Source: Candidatus Krumholzibacteriia bacterium
GTDB lineage: Bacteria; Krumholzibacteriota; Krumholzibacteriia; LZORAL124-64-63
NCBI GenBank assembly: GCA_050174015.1
Contig: JBFXKG010000005.1
Span: 163,928 to 227,927, forward strand
DNA length: 64,000 nucleotides
Direction of reading: 5' to 3'
The notes under the pieces were generated by a model, which made no database searches, had not been told where the DNA came from, and saw only the letters and a list, made by a program, of their open reading frames with translations. The position numbers and the translations under genes are program-made. Below are positions 9,599 to 23,106 of the stretch, piece after piece. The number at the start of each line of letters is the position of its first letter. Positions within the stretch are counted from its first letter, which is position 1.

Positions 9599-11578
9599 AT
9601 GCAGAGCGGGATTCGACTCTGGGAGATCCAGGACCGGCTGTGGTCGGATCTTGCCCGCAGTCACGATTTCAACACGACGCTGGCCCTGTGCTGCGATGCC
9701 GCGATCCGCCTGGCGGGAGGAGACTGCGGGGGCATCTACCTGTTCACCCCCGAGGGGTCCCTTGAACTCGTCCACCACCAGGGTCTGGGGGAGGAGTTCG
9801 TCACCCGGTCCTCCTCTTATCCCCCCGACAGCACCAACGCGGAGATGGTCCATTCGGGCCGCAGCCTCTACATCCATTCCGGCGACCTGCTGCTGGAACT
9901 GAACAAGAGGACCAGGGAGGGCCTCAAGGCCCTGGCCATCGTCCCGACCCTGTGCGACGGGCGCCCGGTCGGATGCCTCAACATCGCCTCCCACGAAATC
10001 GAATTGTTCCCCGAGGACGTCAGACAGGGCGTCGAGGTCCTTTCGGCCCAGATCGGCCTGGCCATCGACCGCGCGTCCGCCCTGAAGACCTTGAGGGAGA
10101 GGGAGGAGAATCTCCGCACGTTCTTCGGGACCGTGGAGGACATGCTCTTCGTCCTCGACCCCCGGGGCACGATCCAGCACTGCAACCACATGGTCTTCAC
10201 CAAGCTTGGTCATGCCGGGGAGGAACTGATCGGCCAATCGGTTCTCGCCTTGCACCCCCCGGCCCAGCGCGAGGAAGCCGGCCGGGTGATCGGGGAAATG
10301 GTGGAGGGGAAGCGCGACCACTGTCTGATCCCGCTCCAGGCCAAATCCGGGGATCTCATCCCCGTGGAGACCAAGGTGGTCCTGGGGCGCTGGGACGGAA
10401 AGGCCGCCCTGTTCGGCGTCTCCCGCGACGTCAGCGAGAGGATGAAGGCCGAGCGGGAGCGGCGGGCCCTCGAGAGGAAGATGATCCAGACCCAGAAGCT
10501 GGACAGCCTGGGGGTCCTGGCGGGCGGCATGGCCCATGATTTCAACAACCTGCTGCTGCAGATGAACGGGTTCGCGGACCTGGCCCGCAGCAGCCTGGAC
10601 GACCCCGGCCAGGCTGCCCTCTACCTGGACAAGATCGAATCCACCGTCAACAGGGCGGCCGGCCTGACCGGCAAGCTCCTGGCCTACGCGGGGAAGGCTC
10701 CCGGTTCGATCGAGACCCTTGACCTGGCCGGCCTCATCAAGGAGATCAAGGATCTCATCCGGATCTCCCTACCGCCGGGCGTTGCCCTGGACCTGGATGT
10801 CGAGCCGGGCCCGCTGCTGGTGAAGGCCGATCCCTCCCAGATCCGCCAGGTCGTCATGAACCTGATCATCAACGCCTACGAATCGCTGGGTGGCGGCCCG
10901 GGGACCATCGTCCTGAAGGCGGGCACGGACCGGGAGAACCCCTCCCTCGACGGGTTCTTCGTGGAGATCCGGGATACGGGCTGCGGCATGGACGAGGAGA
11001 CCCTCACCCGGGTGTTCGAACCCTTCTTCACCACCAAGTTCACCGGCAGGGGCCTGGGCCTGAGCGCGGCCCTGGGGATCATCAGGGAAAGCGGCGGGGA
11101 TATCGCGATCACTTCGGAGCCTGGCCGGGGAACTCTCGTCCGTTTCGTCCTGCCGGGCCTGAAGGGCGCGGACCGCCGTCCCGGGAGCGGGACGGGCGGG
11201 GAAGGGGGCGGGTGCGTCCTGGTCATCGACGACGAGGATGCGGTGCGCGAAGTGGCGGCGTGCATGCTGAACCGGCTCGGTTACCGGACCATCGAGGCTT
11301 GCGACGGAGCCGAAGCTCTCGAACTGTACCGGACCCGGGGCGAGACCATCGACCTGGTCCTGCTGGATTTGACGATGCCGGCCATGGACGGGGCGGCGAC
11401 CCTCGACGGCTTGCGGCGCCTGGACCCCGCCGTCCCGGTCATGGTGGTCAGCGGCGTCACGGCTGCGGCTTCCCAGGAGATCCTGAACCGGCCCCAGACG
11501 GTGGGCTACCTGACCAAGCCGTTCACCCTGGATGAGCTGAAGGCTGCAGTGAGCCGCATCGTCCAGCCGAGCGCCTGA
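9599..11578 (+). CDS. Cytoplasmic hybrid sensor kinase (GAF-PAS-HisKA-HATPase-REC)
   Basis: AHDFNN H-box, DTGCGM, EPFFTTK, GRGLGL, receiver VIDDE...LLDLTMP...KP. Confidence 0.93.
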   Translation: MQSGIRLWEIQDRLWSDLARSHDFNTTLALCCDAAIRLAGGDCGGIYLFTPEGSLELVHHQGLGEEFVTRSSSYPPDSTNAEMVHSGRSLYIHSGDLLLELNKRTREGLKALAIVPTLCDGRPVGCLNIASHEIELFPEDVRQGVEVLSAQIGLAIDRASALKTLREREENLRTFFGTVEDMLFVLDPRGTIQHCNHMVFTKLGHAGEELIGQSVLALHPPAQREEAGRVIGEMVEGKRDHCLIPLQAKSGDLIPVETKVVLGRWDGKAALFGVSRDVSERMKAERERRALERKMIQTQKLDSLGVLAGGMAHDFNNLLLQMNGFADLARSSLDDPGQAALYLDKIESTVNRAAGLTGKLLAYAGKAPGSIETLDLAGLIKEIKDLIRISLPPGVALDLDVEPGPLLVKADPSQIRQVVMNLIINAYESLGGGPGTIVLKAGTDRENPSLDGFFVEIRDTGCGMDEETLTRVFEPFFTTKFTGRGLGLSAALGIIRESGGDIAITSEPGRGTLVRFVLPGLKGADRRPGSGTGGEGGGCVLVIDDEDAVREVAACMLNRLGYRTIEACDGAEALELYRTRGETIDLVLLDLTMPAMDGAATLDGLRRLDPAVPVMVVSGVTAAASQEILNRPQTVGYLTKPFTLDELKAAVSRIVQPSA

Positions 11579-11600
11579 CGGATCCTGCTGCCGTCCCCCC

Positions 11601-13409
11601 TCAAGCCAGCTGATTCGTCCGGAACCGCTGGGCCACGGCCTGCTGCATCTCCTGGATGGCGCCGAAGGCGTCCTTGAGGTGCCTGTGTTCCAGCGAGGAC
11701 AGGGACGCCAGCCGGATCTCGTTGTCCACCTCCCCGCCCGTCCGCATCTCCACGAGCTGTTCCTGGAGCCTCAACTGGAGCAGGAACCGGTAGGTTTCGA
11801 TGAGGGTCTGGCCCAGGTCGCGGCTCAGGTTGCCGAAGGCCATGGCGGCCTCCAGCCGTTCCCGGGTGGGGCGGGACCGGGCGCGCGCCTCGAGGGCGAA
11901 GACCCGGGCCGCAGCCGCGATGGGGGCCAGGCCGCGCTTCTTCAGGTCGATGCGCCCGTCGGTGCTCCGGATGCGCCGGAACAGACCCAGCGGGGGCTTG
12001 AACCGCAGGGAGACCCGCGCCAGGTGGGCCATGAACAGCTGGTTCTCCACCGCGCCGGCCACGCGATCGGCGATGGGGGCGGTGTCGAGGGAGCCGGCGA
12101 CCGCCCGGAAGTCGAAGAAGATCGAGGCGACCATGAGGTTGTCCGGAGTGGGGCTGCGGATCCATTCGGCGACCGTCCGATCCCAGCCGTCCACCGTCCT
12201 GCACCAGTTGGTGGCCATGCAGCCGCCGGTGCAGGGGGGGAAGCCGGCGGTGATCAGGTTGCCCACCACGGTGGCGGCGAACTCGGGGAAGTACGCGGCC
12301 GCGGCCGGGGACTCCTCGGCGTAGACCAGGGCGTTGTCCTGGTCGGTGAGCAGGGCCTGCTCCATGCGGCCCTCCGACCCGAAGACCAGGAAGGCGTAGG
12401 GACACGGCGCCGGTCCCAGCTGCAGTTCCGCCAGCCGGCACAGCCGCCTGATCAGCGCGTCGTTCACGCTGGCGAGGATGCGCCCGATCTGCGCCACCTT
12501 CAGGCCCCCGTTGAACAGCCGGTTCACCATGGCCGCCGTGTCACCGGCGTAGTTGCCCAGGCCTGCCGCCGATTCCAGGTTGTCCAGGTTCCGCATCAGG
12601 TACAGGGGGTTGCGGGTCTGCTGCCGCAACAGATCGGTGGCCGAGACGATGCCCAGGATGGCGCCGTCCCCGGTGACGGGGAGGTGATGGATCTTCTCCT
12701 CCAGCATGAACAGCAGGGCGGTGTGGACGGGCGTGTCGCCGGGCAGGGTCTTCACCGGGCGGGACATGACCTCGGCCACGGGGATCTGCGGCCCCCGCCC
12801 CTCGGCGAGCACCTTCACCTGGAAGTCGTGGTCGGTCAGGATGCCGGGCTCCATCCCCTCCACCAGGACGACGTCGGTGCGGCGGTCCCGCATGGCCCGG
12901 GCGGCGTCGGCCACGGTGGCCGTCGCGGGCACGGTCACCGGCGCGCTCTTGAGGAGTGAAGCCAGCGGAGCGGTCAGCTCGCCGCCGATGGAGGTGACCT
13001 CGCGCTGGGTGAGCCGGCTCAGGCGCTCGCCCAGACTCTTGAGGAAGAACTCGGCGAAGGGGCCGTTGCCGAGCAGGCCCTTGAAGACGGCGGCGGGGAC
13101 GCAGTGAAGGGTGACGTCCTCGGCGGCGACCACGTCGAACGCCGGAGCATCCTGGCTGATGATGGAGGGATAACCGAAGCAGTCACCTTCTTCCAGGATC
13201 TGGATCTCCACGCCGTCCCGGGTCAGCCGGACGCTCCCGGCGGCGATCAGATGCAGGCAGGGGCTGACCGCGCCGCCCTGACTGAGGATGACCGTGCCCG
13301 CGGGCAGGGTGCTGGTGCGCGAGGCCCGGCGCACCGCCTCCAGCTCGTCCCTGGACAGCAGCATGAACGGGTGCTGGGTGGACAGGAAATCCATGATCCT
13401 GGCGATCAT
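11601..13409 (-). CDS. cNMP-binding/CBS/DUF294 nucleotidyltransferase-like protein
   Basis: N-terminal cNMP domain, CBS pair, GSEGRMEQALLTDQDNAL, FFDFRAV, DLKKRG. Confidence 0.92.
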   Translation of the reverse strand: MIARIMDFLSTQHPFMLLSRDELEAVRRASRTSTLPAGTVILSQGGAVSPCLHLIAAGSVRLTRDGVEIQILEEGDCFGYPSIISQDAPAFDVVAAEDVTLHCVPAAVFKGLLGNGPFAEFFLKSLGERLSRLTQREVTSIGGELTAPLASLLKSAPVTVPATATVADAARAMRDRRTDVVLVEGMEPGILTDHDFQVKVLAEGRGPQIPVAEVMSRPVKTLPGDTPVHTALLFMLEEKIHHLPVTGDGAILGIVSATDLLRQQTRNPLYLMRNLDNLESAAGLGNYAGDTAAMVNRLFNGGLKVAQIGRILASVNDALIRRLCRLAELQLGPAPCPYAFLVFGSEGRMEQALLTDQDNALVYAEESPAAAAYFPEFAATVVGNLITAGFPPCTGGCMATNWCRTVDGWDRTVAEWIRSPTPDNLMVASIFFDFRAVAGSLDTAPIADRVAGAVENQLFMAHLARVSLRFKPPLGLFRRIRSTDGRIDLKKRGLAPIAAAARVFALEARARSRPTRERLEAAMAFGNLSRDLGQTLIETYRFLLQLRLQEQLVEMRTGGEVDNEIRLASLSSLEHRHLKDAFGAIQEMQQAVAQRFRTNQLA

Positions 13410-13607
13410 CGGGAGCCGCCTTTGTCAGTGGTGCCGGTCACCGGACGGACGAGGATCCTGCCGAACAGGTTGGCGGTCCGTGGTTTCCCGGAGTATGGGA
13501 TAACCGAGGAAAGAACTCCAGCTTGGTTTCGGGGATGTGGTAGACTCGCAGGCAACACCCGCGACGCCTGGGAGGTTCCGGCAGGCTTGGAGAAACCCGC
13601 CTACAGG

Positions 13608-14984
13608 ATGATCAAACGCGACGCCATCCGGGCTTCCCTGTGCTTCCTGGCGATGGCCGCCATCCTCGCGGCCGCCCTGCGCAACGGCGATCCGGTGCGG
13701 CCGCTGGCGTGGGCGGCGGCGGTCCTTGCGGGGGTGACGGGGCTCGCCCTCCTCGGCCGGATCTGGGGCGAGGCCGGCCGGCTGGGTCGGGGCCTGGAAC
13801 GCGTGCGGGGGGCCCTCCTGAACGTCACCTCGGATCCCAACGCGGTCCTGCCGGCGCCCGATCCGGCGACCATGCCTCCGGAAATCCTGTCCCAGCTGAC
13901 CGCGTTGACCCAGTTCCACGGTCAGGTCCTGCAGGAGCGCCATGGGCCCGACAAGCGCCTGTCCACCGTGCTGGGTTCGCTGTTCTCGGGGGTCGCCGTC
14001 ATCACCGGGCAGGGCCAGGTCAGCCTGGTCAACACCTCGGGCCGGGAACTGCTGGGACGCGAGCGCGTCCGGGTGGGAACCTCCATCTTCGCAGCCCTCG
14101 ACCGTCACACGGTGCTGGATGCGGTGAACCGGTCGCGGGCGGAAGGCAAGCAGGTCCAGGCGGCCTTCCGACGGCTCGATGCGGTGGAACTGCACGGCCG
14201 CCTGTCGGCCTTGCCGGACGAGGACGGCGCGATCCTCATCTTCCCTCCCGTGGAACTGGAAGAGCACAGGCCGGGCGTGGACTTCGACTTCGGCCTGCAC
14301 CACCTGCCCCCCGAGACCGAACCCCTGCACCTGGGCGTGTCCCTGGACGACCTGCCGGTCCTGTTCCTGGACACCGAGACCACCGGGCTCGATGCCCAAA
14401 ACGACCGCATCGTCTCGATCGGGGCGATCCGGGCGCACGGGACCCGCCTCTACAACGGGGCGATGATCGACGCCCTGCTCGATCCTGGAGTGCCCATTCC
14501 GGCGGTCTCCACGGCCATCCACGGGATCACCGACGCGATGGTCAGGGACGCCCGCCGGTTCCCCCTGGTCTGCGCCGATCTGAGGAAACTTGCGGCCAAC
14601 AGCATCATCGTCGGACACAACATCCCCTTCGACCTGACCATCCTGAAGGCGGAGTGCGAGCGCCACGGCTGCCCCTGGAACCACCCCGTGTTCATCGACA
14701 CCCTGCGTTTGGCCGCCCTGCTCGATCCGGATCTGGACGGCCACGACCTGGAAACCCTGGCCGACCTCTACGACCTGGAGATCCAGGGCCGCCACACCGC
14801 CCTGGGCGACGCCCTGGTGACCGCCGAGATCTTCTTCCGCATGCTGCCCCGCTTCAAGGAGCGCGGGCACCGCACCCTCGAGGACCTGCTGAGATTCCAT
14901 TGCACCGAGGCCCGGGTGATCATCCGCCACCAGGGGGCCCAGGGGTGGATCACCTCCCAGCCCGATTCGTTGCAGGGGTCCTGA
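13608..14984 (+). CDS. Membrane-anchored PAS-like + DEDDh 3'-5' exonuclease (DnaQ-like)
   Basis: Two N-terminal TMs; LDTETTG, GHNIPFD, HTALGDA. Start taken at ATG 13608 because the longer ORF overlaps the DUF294 gene. Confidence 0.85.
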   Translation: MIKRDAIRASLCFLAMAAILAAALRNGDPVRPLAWAAAVLAGVTGLALLGRIWGEAGRLGRGLERVRGALLNVTSDPNAVLPAPDPATMPPEILSQLTALTQFHGQVLQERHGPDKRLSTVLGSLFSGVAVITGQGQVSLVNTSGRELLGRERVRVGTSIFAALDRHTVLDAVNRSRAEGKQVQAAFRRLDAVELHGRLSALPDEDGAILIFPPVELEEHRPGVDFDFGLHHLPPETEPLHLGVSLDDLPVLFLDTETTGLDAQNDRIVSIGAIRAHGTRLYNGAMIDALLDPGVPIPAVSTAIHGITDAMVRDARRFPLVCADLRKLAANSIIVGHNIPFDLTILKAECERHGCPWNHPVFIDTLRLAALLDPDLDGHDLETLADLYDLEIQGRHTALGDALVTAEIFFRMLPRFKERGHRTLEDLLRFHCTEARVIIRHQGAQGWITSQPDSLQGS

Positions 14985-15108
14985 GAACCGTTGCACCGTT
15001 TCAAGGTTACGAATATTGGTTGTCCTCCTCCCACGAAAATGGTATAGAATCCTCCTTTATCGAATGGCGGAACTCCACCCCATCTCCCGCCCAGGAGGGT
15101 GCCCGATC

Positions 15109-17070
<1,962 letters not shown>

Positions 17071-17189
17071 GTCCGGGCTTGGCTTCCCGGTCCGGGGGTA
17101 ATAGAGTGGCGGCAGAGCGTGGCCACGAGGGACGTTTCGGCCGGCGGTCCCGCCGGGCGGGGCGGAGTGCATAGGGAGGCGCCCTGCCG

Positions 17190-19004
17190 GTGAAGGAATC
17201 CCCGTTCGAGAGCCCCGGACAGCCCGCCGCGGGACCCGGAGGCATCCAGGTCCACCCTCACCGGGTGGCCCTGATCTACGCCCTGGCGGGCATCCTCTGG
17301 ATCCTGGTGACCGACCGGGTGGTCGGCTTCCTGTTTCCCGGCATCGATTCCCTGAAGTGGGCGCAGACGGTCAAGGGGCTCGCCTACGTCGCCGTCACCG
17401 CATTGCTGGTCTACTGGCTGGCCCGGCGCGCCGTGGCCGACGCCCGCGCCCGCTGGATGGCTGGTCGGCTCCGGGACGCCCTCGACCTCTCCGAAGCCCG
17501 TCATCGGGCCCTGGTGGACGCCATCCCCGATCTCGTCTGGCTGAAGGATCCCTCCGGGGTCTATCTCGGCTGCAATCCCACCTTCGAGCGGTTCTTCGGA
17601 GCTTCCGAGCGGGAGATCATCGGCAAGACCGATGAGGACTTCATGGATGGGGACCTGGCGCAATTCTTCCGCGGTCACGACCTCAGGGCCCTGGCGGCCG
17701 ACGGTCCGGTCACCAACGAGGAATGGCTCACCTTCGCGGATTCGGGCTACCGCGGCCTGTTCGAGACCATCAAGACGCCCATGCGCGACCCTGCGGGGAA
17801 CCTGATCGGCGTCCTGGGGATCTCCCGCGACATCACCCGCCGCACCGAACTCGAGCAGCAACTCCTTCAGGCCCAGAAGATGGAATCGGTGGGCCGGCTC
17901 GCCGGCGGCCTGGCCCACGACTTCAACAACATGCTGGGGGTCATCCTGGGCAACGCGGAGATGGCGATGGAAGGGCTGGATCCGGCGGATCCGCTCAGGG
18001 ATCACCTCGCCGCGATCCACCGGGCCGGGAAGCGTTCGGCGGACCTCACGCGACAGTTGCTCGCCTTCGCCAGGAAGCAGACCATCGAACCGGTCGTCCT
18101 CGACCTCAACGAGGCCGTGGCGAACCTTCTCAAGATGATCGGCCGCATGATGAGGGAGGACATCGCCCTCGCCTGGCAGCCCGCCGGGGATCTCCCTCCC
18201 GTCAGGATGGATCCCGCCCAGATCGATCAGATCCTCGTCAACCTGGTGGTCAACGCGAGGGACGCCATCCTCGGGGCAGGGGCCATCACGATCCGGACCG
18301 AACGCGTCGACGTCACCGGCGACCGTTCCGGCGAACCCTTCGACGTGATGCCCGGTCGCTACGTGGTGCTGGGGGTGAAGGACGACGGCCCCGGAATGGA
18401 CCGGGAGACCAGGAACAAGATCTTCGAGCCCTTCTTCACCACCAAGGCCCCGGGAGAGGGGACGGGTCTGGGACTGCCCATGGTCTACGGCGTGGTGAAG
18501 CAGAACGGCGGGTTCATCCAGGTGGAGAGCGGGCCGGGCGCGGGCACGGAAATCAGGATCTTCCTGCCGGCGCACGAGGGTCCGGTCGAGGCCGGGGCGG
18601 AAACCGTCGAGGCGGCGGGGATCCCGGGAGGAGCCGACAGCATCCTCCTGGTGGAGGACGAACCCATGTTGCTGGAACTGGGCCAGAGGATCCTGAGCGG
18701 ACTCGGCTACCAGGTCGAAGCGACCGCAGATCCGCAGGAGGCCATGGAACTGATCGGCAGCGACCCCGGCCGCTTCAAGCTCCTGGTGACCGACGTCGTC
18801 ATGCCCCGGATGAGCGGCCATGACCTGTGGCTCCGGGTCAGGGAAATGGACCGCGGTCTCCGCTGCCTGTTCATGTCAGGTCACGCCTCGGACGTCCTGG
18901 ACCTGCGGGTCGGTCCGGACATCGGGGTCCATTTCATCCAGAAGCCCTTCACGATCCGGACCCTGGGAGACAAGGTCCGGGAGGTTCTCGAGGATCCCGC
19001 GTAG
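17190..19004 (+). CDS. Membrane hybrid sensor kinase (2TM-PAS-HisKA-HATPase-REC)
   Basis: AHDFNN, DDGPGM, EPFFTTK, GTGLGL, LVEDE...TDVVMP...KPF. Confidence 0.92.
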   Translation: MKESPFESPGQPAAGPGGIQVHPHRVALIYALAGILWILVTDRVVGFLFPGIDSLKWAQTVKGLAYVAVTALLVYWLARRAVADARARWMAGRLRDALDLSEARHRALVDAIPDLVWLKDPSGVYLGCNPTFERFFGASEREIIGKTDEDFMDGDLAQFFRGHDLRALAADGPVTNEEWLTFADSGYRGLFETIKTPMRDPAGNLIGVLGISRDITRRTELEQQLLQAQKMESVGRLAGGLAHDFNNMLGVILGNAEMAMEGLDPADPLRDHLAAIHRAGKRSADLTRQLLAFARKQTIEPVVLDLNEAVANLLKMIGRMMREDIALAWQPAGDLPPVRMDPAQIDQILVNLVVNARDAILGAGAITIRTERVDVTGDRSGEPFDVMPGRYVVLGVKDDGPGMDRETRNKIFEPFFTTKAPGEGTGLGLPMVYGVVKQNGGFIQVESGPGAGTEIRIFLPAHEGPVEAGAETVEAAGIPGGADSILLVEDEPMLLELGQRILSGLGYQVEATADPQEAMELIGSDPGRFKLLVTDVVMPRMSGHDLWLRVREMDRGLRCLFMSGHASDVLDLRVGPDIGVHFIQKPFTIRTLGDKVREVLEDPA

Positions 19005-19019
19005 GGGTCCTCCCGCATC

Positions 19020-19456
19020 GTTGTCGGGGTTCGAAACGCCGACCGCTCTCGCCGTCCGGCAGGGTCAGGATCGTTTCTCCGGATTCGCCGAGCCCGGAGT
19101 AGTCGAAGGTCCAAGCCAGGAGATTGTCCACTCCCGAACGGATCACGATCACCCCGATGAAGCGCCCGTCCAGGAACCTGGGGCCGGACAGATGGACCCG
19201 CGGGGCGCCCTCGTCGTCGAGGTAAAGATGATCGACGACCGGACCGGCACTCCTCGAAAAAGACCCGGTCGAAATGGGACTTCCCCACCATTTCCGGATC
19301 GGTGGAGGCGACGGCCGTCCCCAGGGGATCGTAGACCTCGATTCCGACCAGTTCGGCGATGGAGCCGGCCGCGTCGACCAGGATCCGATCCAGGCGTTCC
19401 CGGTCCTGATGCAGGATGGCGCCCAGGAACCTGGTCTGGAGCTTCCTGGCCGACAT
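19020..19456 (-). pseudogene. Frameshifted remnant of a Cache-type extracellular sensor domain
   Basis: One frame reads ...YDPLGTAVASTDPEMVGKSHFDRVFFEE; after a shift near 19240 another continues VDHLYLD...IGVIVI...DYSGLGESGETIL. No TM or output domain. Confidence 0.55.
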
Positions 19457-19563
19457 TCCGCCCTTCGCTCCGAGGGGGGCGCTGGTGGGAGATCCGCCTC
19501 CAATGCGTCTCAGCCTACCCGAAGAGGCGAGGAATCCCAGTGATTGTGGACACTCCGGGGGGG

Positions 19564-19602
19564 AAAAGCCCGGCCCGGAAGCCGTCCGGCTTCCGGGCCG
19601 GG
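19564..19602 (-). terminator. Rho-independent terminator of cheW-MCP
   Basis: 15-bp stem cccggcccggaagcc/ggcttccgggccggg followed by CTTTT on the minus strand. Confidence 0.75.
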
Positions 19603-19621
19603 GTCGTCGTGCGTCGGGTTG

Positions 19622-21631
19622 CTAGACCTCGATCATCTCGGATTCTTCCTCGAAGGTGCTGAAGTCCAGGTCGTCCAGGGGGATGACGGACGAGGGTTTC
19701 TTGGCCTTGGGGGCGGGGGCCGGTGCGCGGGTGACCGACTCGGGCTTGAGGACCTTGGCCTTCTGGGTCGTGTGGTGGAACACCGAATGGATCGACCTGG
19801 CGTCCTGCGCCTTCACGCCGGCATCGTCACCGCCCACCATGGTCAGGAGCTCCTTGACCGTGGAGTTGAGCTGCTCGGCCTGGCCGCTGAGCTCTTCGCT
19901 GGCCGAAGCGGACTCCTCGGCGCTGGCGGCGTTGGACTGGGTGATCTGGTCCATCTGGCCGACGGCCAGGTTGATCTGATCGATCCCGTCGGCCTGCTCC
20001 CTGCTGGCCGAGGCGATCTCGGCGACCAGGCGGTTGACCTGAGTCGCAGCTTCGCCGATCTCGGCCAGGGCTTCCCCGACCTCCTTGCTGATCGCCACGC
20101 CGTTGTCCGCGTTGTTGACCGAGTTCTCGATCATCTCGGCGGTGTTCTTGGCGGCCTCGGCGGAGCGCTGGGCCAGGTTCCGGACTTCCTCGGCCACCAC
20201 GGCGAAGCCCTTGCCCGCCTCGCCCGCCCGGGCTGCCTCGACGGCGGCGTTCAAAGCCAGCAGGTTGGTCTGGAAGGCGATCTCGTCGATGGTCTTGATG
20301 ATCCGGGCCGTCGAATCGCTGGACTGCTTGATGTCGTCGATGGCCTTGCTCATGCGGGTCATGGCGGTGATGCCCTTTTCGGCGCTGGATTTGGCCGATT
20401 CGGACAGGTCGCGGGCCTGACCGGCGTTGGAGGCGTTCTGCTTGGTCATCGAGGACATCTCCTCGACGCTGGCCGCGGTCTCCTCGATTGCGGCCGCCTG
20501 GCGGCTCGCGCCCTCGGCCAGTTCCTGGCTGGCGGCCGAGACCTGGCCGGCGGCGCTGGCGGTCTGCTGGCTGCCGCTGGAAAGGCTGTCGATGATCCGG
20601 CGCAGGGGACCGACGATGGAACGGGTGATGAACACCGCGAGCACGATGCCCACGATCACGCCGATCCCCAGGCCCATCACCATGGTGGTCGATGCGGTCG
20701 AGAGCCGGTCGGTCGCGTCCTCGGCGATGTGCCTGGTGCCTTCCATGCCGGCGTTTGCCGTCTCCTGGGCCACCTTCAGGACCTCCATGGCCGCGTCGGT
20801 CCGCTTGGCGCCGACCTTCTGGAGTTCCAGCCAGTTGGCGAGCAGGCTGTTCATGGCGGTCCGGTAACTGTCGGCCGCCTCCTCGGTGGACTGGATATTG
20901 CGGATGTCGACGTCCAGCCGGGTGATCTTGCGCAGTTCCGCGAACTTCTCCTTCATGACGCCGAAGTTCTTGTCTGCGGCCTCGATCAGGGAGGGGTCGC
21001 GCAGGGCCTGGCTCTTGAAGCAGGCGATCCGGGTGGCGTTGCCGACGTCGATGATGTCGTTGACCACGGTGATCTTCACCAAGCGCTCGTTGAGCTTGTC
21101 CTGCGGGGCGCCCTCGAGGATTTCCTGCTTCATGGCCTCGTTCTGGGAAGCCAGGAAGGTGTTGCAGTTTTCGATGTACTTCGCCGCCGAAGCGTCCAGG
21201 GCCTTGCGGTTCTCCGCCAGCTTGGCGTTGATCTCGACCGTCTGGGCCAGGAGGTCCTTGTAGCCGTCCACCGCCTGGCGGGTCTTCTGGACGGCGGGGC
21301 CCAGCTTGACGAGATGGGTGGCCCGGGCGGCCAGATCGTCGCAGGCCTCGAGGTAGGTGTCGACCTCCTCGAGGTGGGCCATGCCCTTCTTGTAGTAGGA
21401 ATCCTCTTCGGTGAATCCGTAGCCGCGGATCTCGAACATGGTGAGCAGGGATTTGCGCTCGACGTGGCTGGAGAGTTCCACTTCCGGCACGTACTCGGTG
21501 GACAGGACGGTCGATTCCTCCTGGACGGACTTCATGTTGAAAACGGCAAGTCCGCCCAGCATCACGGCGATGGCAAGCAGGGATCCGAATCCCACGGCGA
21601 TCTTGGTTCCGAGCTTCATCTTGTTGAGCAT
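19622..21631 (-). CDS. Methyl-accepting chemotaxis protein
   Basis: Two TMs around a ~290-aa periplasmic domain; [34 protein letters not shown]. Confidence 0.96.
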   Translation of the reverse strand: MLNKMKLGTKIAVGFGSLLAIAVMLGGLAVFNMKSVQEESTVLSTEYVPEVELSSHVERKSLLTMFEIRGYGFTEEDSYYKKGMAHLEEVDTYLEACDDLAARATHLVKLGPAVQKTRQAVDGYKDLLAQTVEINAKLAENRKALDASAAKYIENCNTFLASQNEAMKQEILEGAPQDKLNERLVKITVVNDIIDVGNATRIACFKSQALRDPSLIEAADKNFGVMKEKFAELRKITRLDVDIRNIQSTEEAADSYRTAMNSLLANWLELQKVGAKRTDAAMEVLKVAQETANAGMEGTRHIAEDATDRLSTASTTMVMGLGIGVIVGIVLAVFITRSIVGPLRRIIDSLSSGSQQTASAAGQVSAASQELAEGASRQAAAIEETAASVEEMSSMTKQNASNAGQARDLSESAKSSAEKGITAMTRMSKAIDDIKQSSDSTARIIKTIDEIAFQTNLLALNAAVEAARAGEAGKGFAVVAEEVRNLAQRSAEAAKNTAEMIENSVNNADNGVAISKEVGEALAEIGEAATQVNRLVAEIASASREQADGIDQINLAVGQMDQITQSNAASAEESASASEELSGQAEQLNSTVKELLTMVGGDDAGVKAQDARSIHSVFHHTTQKAKVLKPESVTRAPAPAPKAKKPSSVIPLDDLDFSTFEEESEMIEV

Positions 21632-21704
21632 CGCGATTCCCTTTCTCCACTCGGTTTGAACACAGGTGCCGGACCTCGGGCGAAGGGCCCAACCGATGGT
21701 CGTC

Positions 21705-22193
21705 TCAGGTCGCCGCCAGGATCTCCTCGACTTCCTCGGTCTCCAGGACCCTGTCGATGTCCAGGAGGATGGTGACCTTCTCGCCGTTCTTCCCCATCCC
21801 GAGGATGAATTCCGTGTCGACCTGGGGGCCGAATTCCGGAGGGGGTTCGATCTGTCCGGCGTCGATGTCCAGGACCTCGGACACCTGATCCACCAGGATG
21901 CCGATCTCCTTGTCCCCGACGTGGGCCACGATGATGCAGGTCTCTTCCGTCGGCGGAACCTCGTCCATGCCGAACTTCAACCGCAGATCGATGACCGGAA
22001 CGACCTTGCCCCGCAGGTTGATCACGCCCTTGACGTGGGGGGGGGTCCGGGGAACGGAGGTCACGGTGATCAGCCCCATGATTTCCCGGATCTTGAGGAT
22101 CTCGAGGCCGTAGAATCCCCCGTCCAGTTGAAAGGTGAGGAATTTTCCGGCTTTCAGCTGGATGTCGGCCCTGTCTTGGTTCGAGTGTGCCAA
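21705..22193 (-). CDS. cheW: Chemotaxis coupling protein CheW
   Basis: [33 protein letters not shown] start with AAGGAGG RBS. Confidence 0.93.
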   Translation of the reverse strand: MAHSNQDRADIQLKAGKFLTFQLDGGFYGLEILKIREIMGLITVTSVPRTPPHVKGVINLRGKVVPVIDLRLKFGMDEVPPTEETCIIVAHVGDKEIGILVDQVSEVLDIDAGQIEPPPEFGPQVDTEFILGMGKNGEKVTILLDIDRVLETEEVEEILAAT

Positions 22194-22256
22194 TGCAGGC
22201 CTCCTTTGCTGGTTGGAACCATACAAGGTTACACGGATCAGCAACCTCGTGATCAC

Positions 22257-22283
22257 TTGTCGGGCCTGTACGGGAGATCTTTA
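22257..22283 (-). promoter_or_regulatory. Sigma28 (FliA)-like promoter of cheW-MCP
   Basis: TAAA-N15-CCCGACAA versus consensus TAAA-N15-GCCGATAA. Confidence 0.65.
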
Positions 22284-22397
22284 GAAAAAATGGAAAACGG
22301 ATATCAAGAAGGTGGAGTGTGCCGGGAATCACCGCACGTCAAAAGGGCTGCCCGGGTGGGCAGCCCTTCCGGCCGGATTTCGTCTATCGAGGGGTCG

Positions 22398-22994
22398 TCA
22401 CCGGAACAGGCTCTTGATCCCGCCCCAGGCGGCGGCGTCCACGTCCACCGCGTTCTCCTCGATGGCCACCAGGTCCAGGAACACGTCCGCCCCGTAGGAT
22501 CCGTAGTAGTGGAAGCAGATGTCCACGTCGTTTTCCCCGCTGTGATTCGTCTGGCCCAGGTCGACCTCCACCAGGCCCCAGACCAGATCGAAGAGCGTCC
22601 AGTCCGTGCTCGAGTCGAAGACCACGTCGCCGCCGACGGTGACCCTCAGGCCGCCATTGACCGCGGGCGTGGTCATCAGGGCGAAGGAGAGGACGTCGTC
22701 GGCCGTGTAGGTCGTGTGGAAGCCCAGCTTCTCGTTCACGGGTTCGCCCATGATGTCCATGGGCGCATGGGCGCACTGGCTGCCCTCGTAACCGAAGTTG
22801 GACCAGATCCGCCAGGTCGAGCCCTCATTGGAGGTGGTCTGATACCAGCCGCTGGGGGGCATCCCCGCCTCGAAGCTCTCGCCGGCCAGCAGACCGGGGC
22901 TCTTGGCGTTCAGCGGGGTGACGGTGACCAGGGGGCCGGCGAGGGAGGAACCGGTGATCAGGAGGAAGGTCGCGATCAACAGGGATGTCTTCAT
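22398..22994 (-). CDS. Secreted beta-rich hypothetical protein with C-terminal WGGIKSLFR motif
   Basis: Signal peptide MKTSLLIATFLLITGSSLA; ESFE..PP.GW beta-sandwich-like start; terminal AAAWGGIKSLFR. Confidence 0.75.
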   Translation of the reverse strand: MKTSLLIATFLLITGSSLAGPLVTVTPLNAKSPGLLAGESFEAGMPPSGWYQTTSNEGSTWRIWSNFGYEGSQCAHAPMDIMGEPVNEKLGFHTTYTADDVLSFALMTTPAVNGGLRVTVGGDVVFDSSTDWTLFDLVWGLVEVDLGQTNHSGENDVDICFHYYGSYGADVFLDLVAIEENAVDVDAAAWGGIKSLFR

Positions 22995-23106
22995 GATGTC
23001 TCTCCGGAGGATGTTGGGGCGCGTTGAAGTTGTCCTGGCAATTTTCGCATAATGACCTGAAAAATTCAAAAATAAAAACCGAACGTTAAACTGGATGCAG
23101 TGGGTA

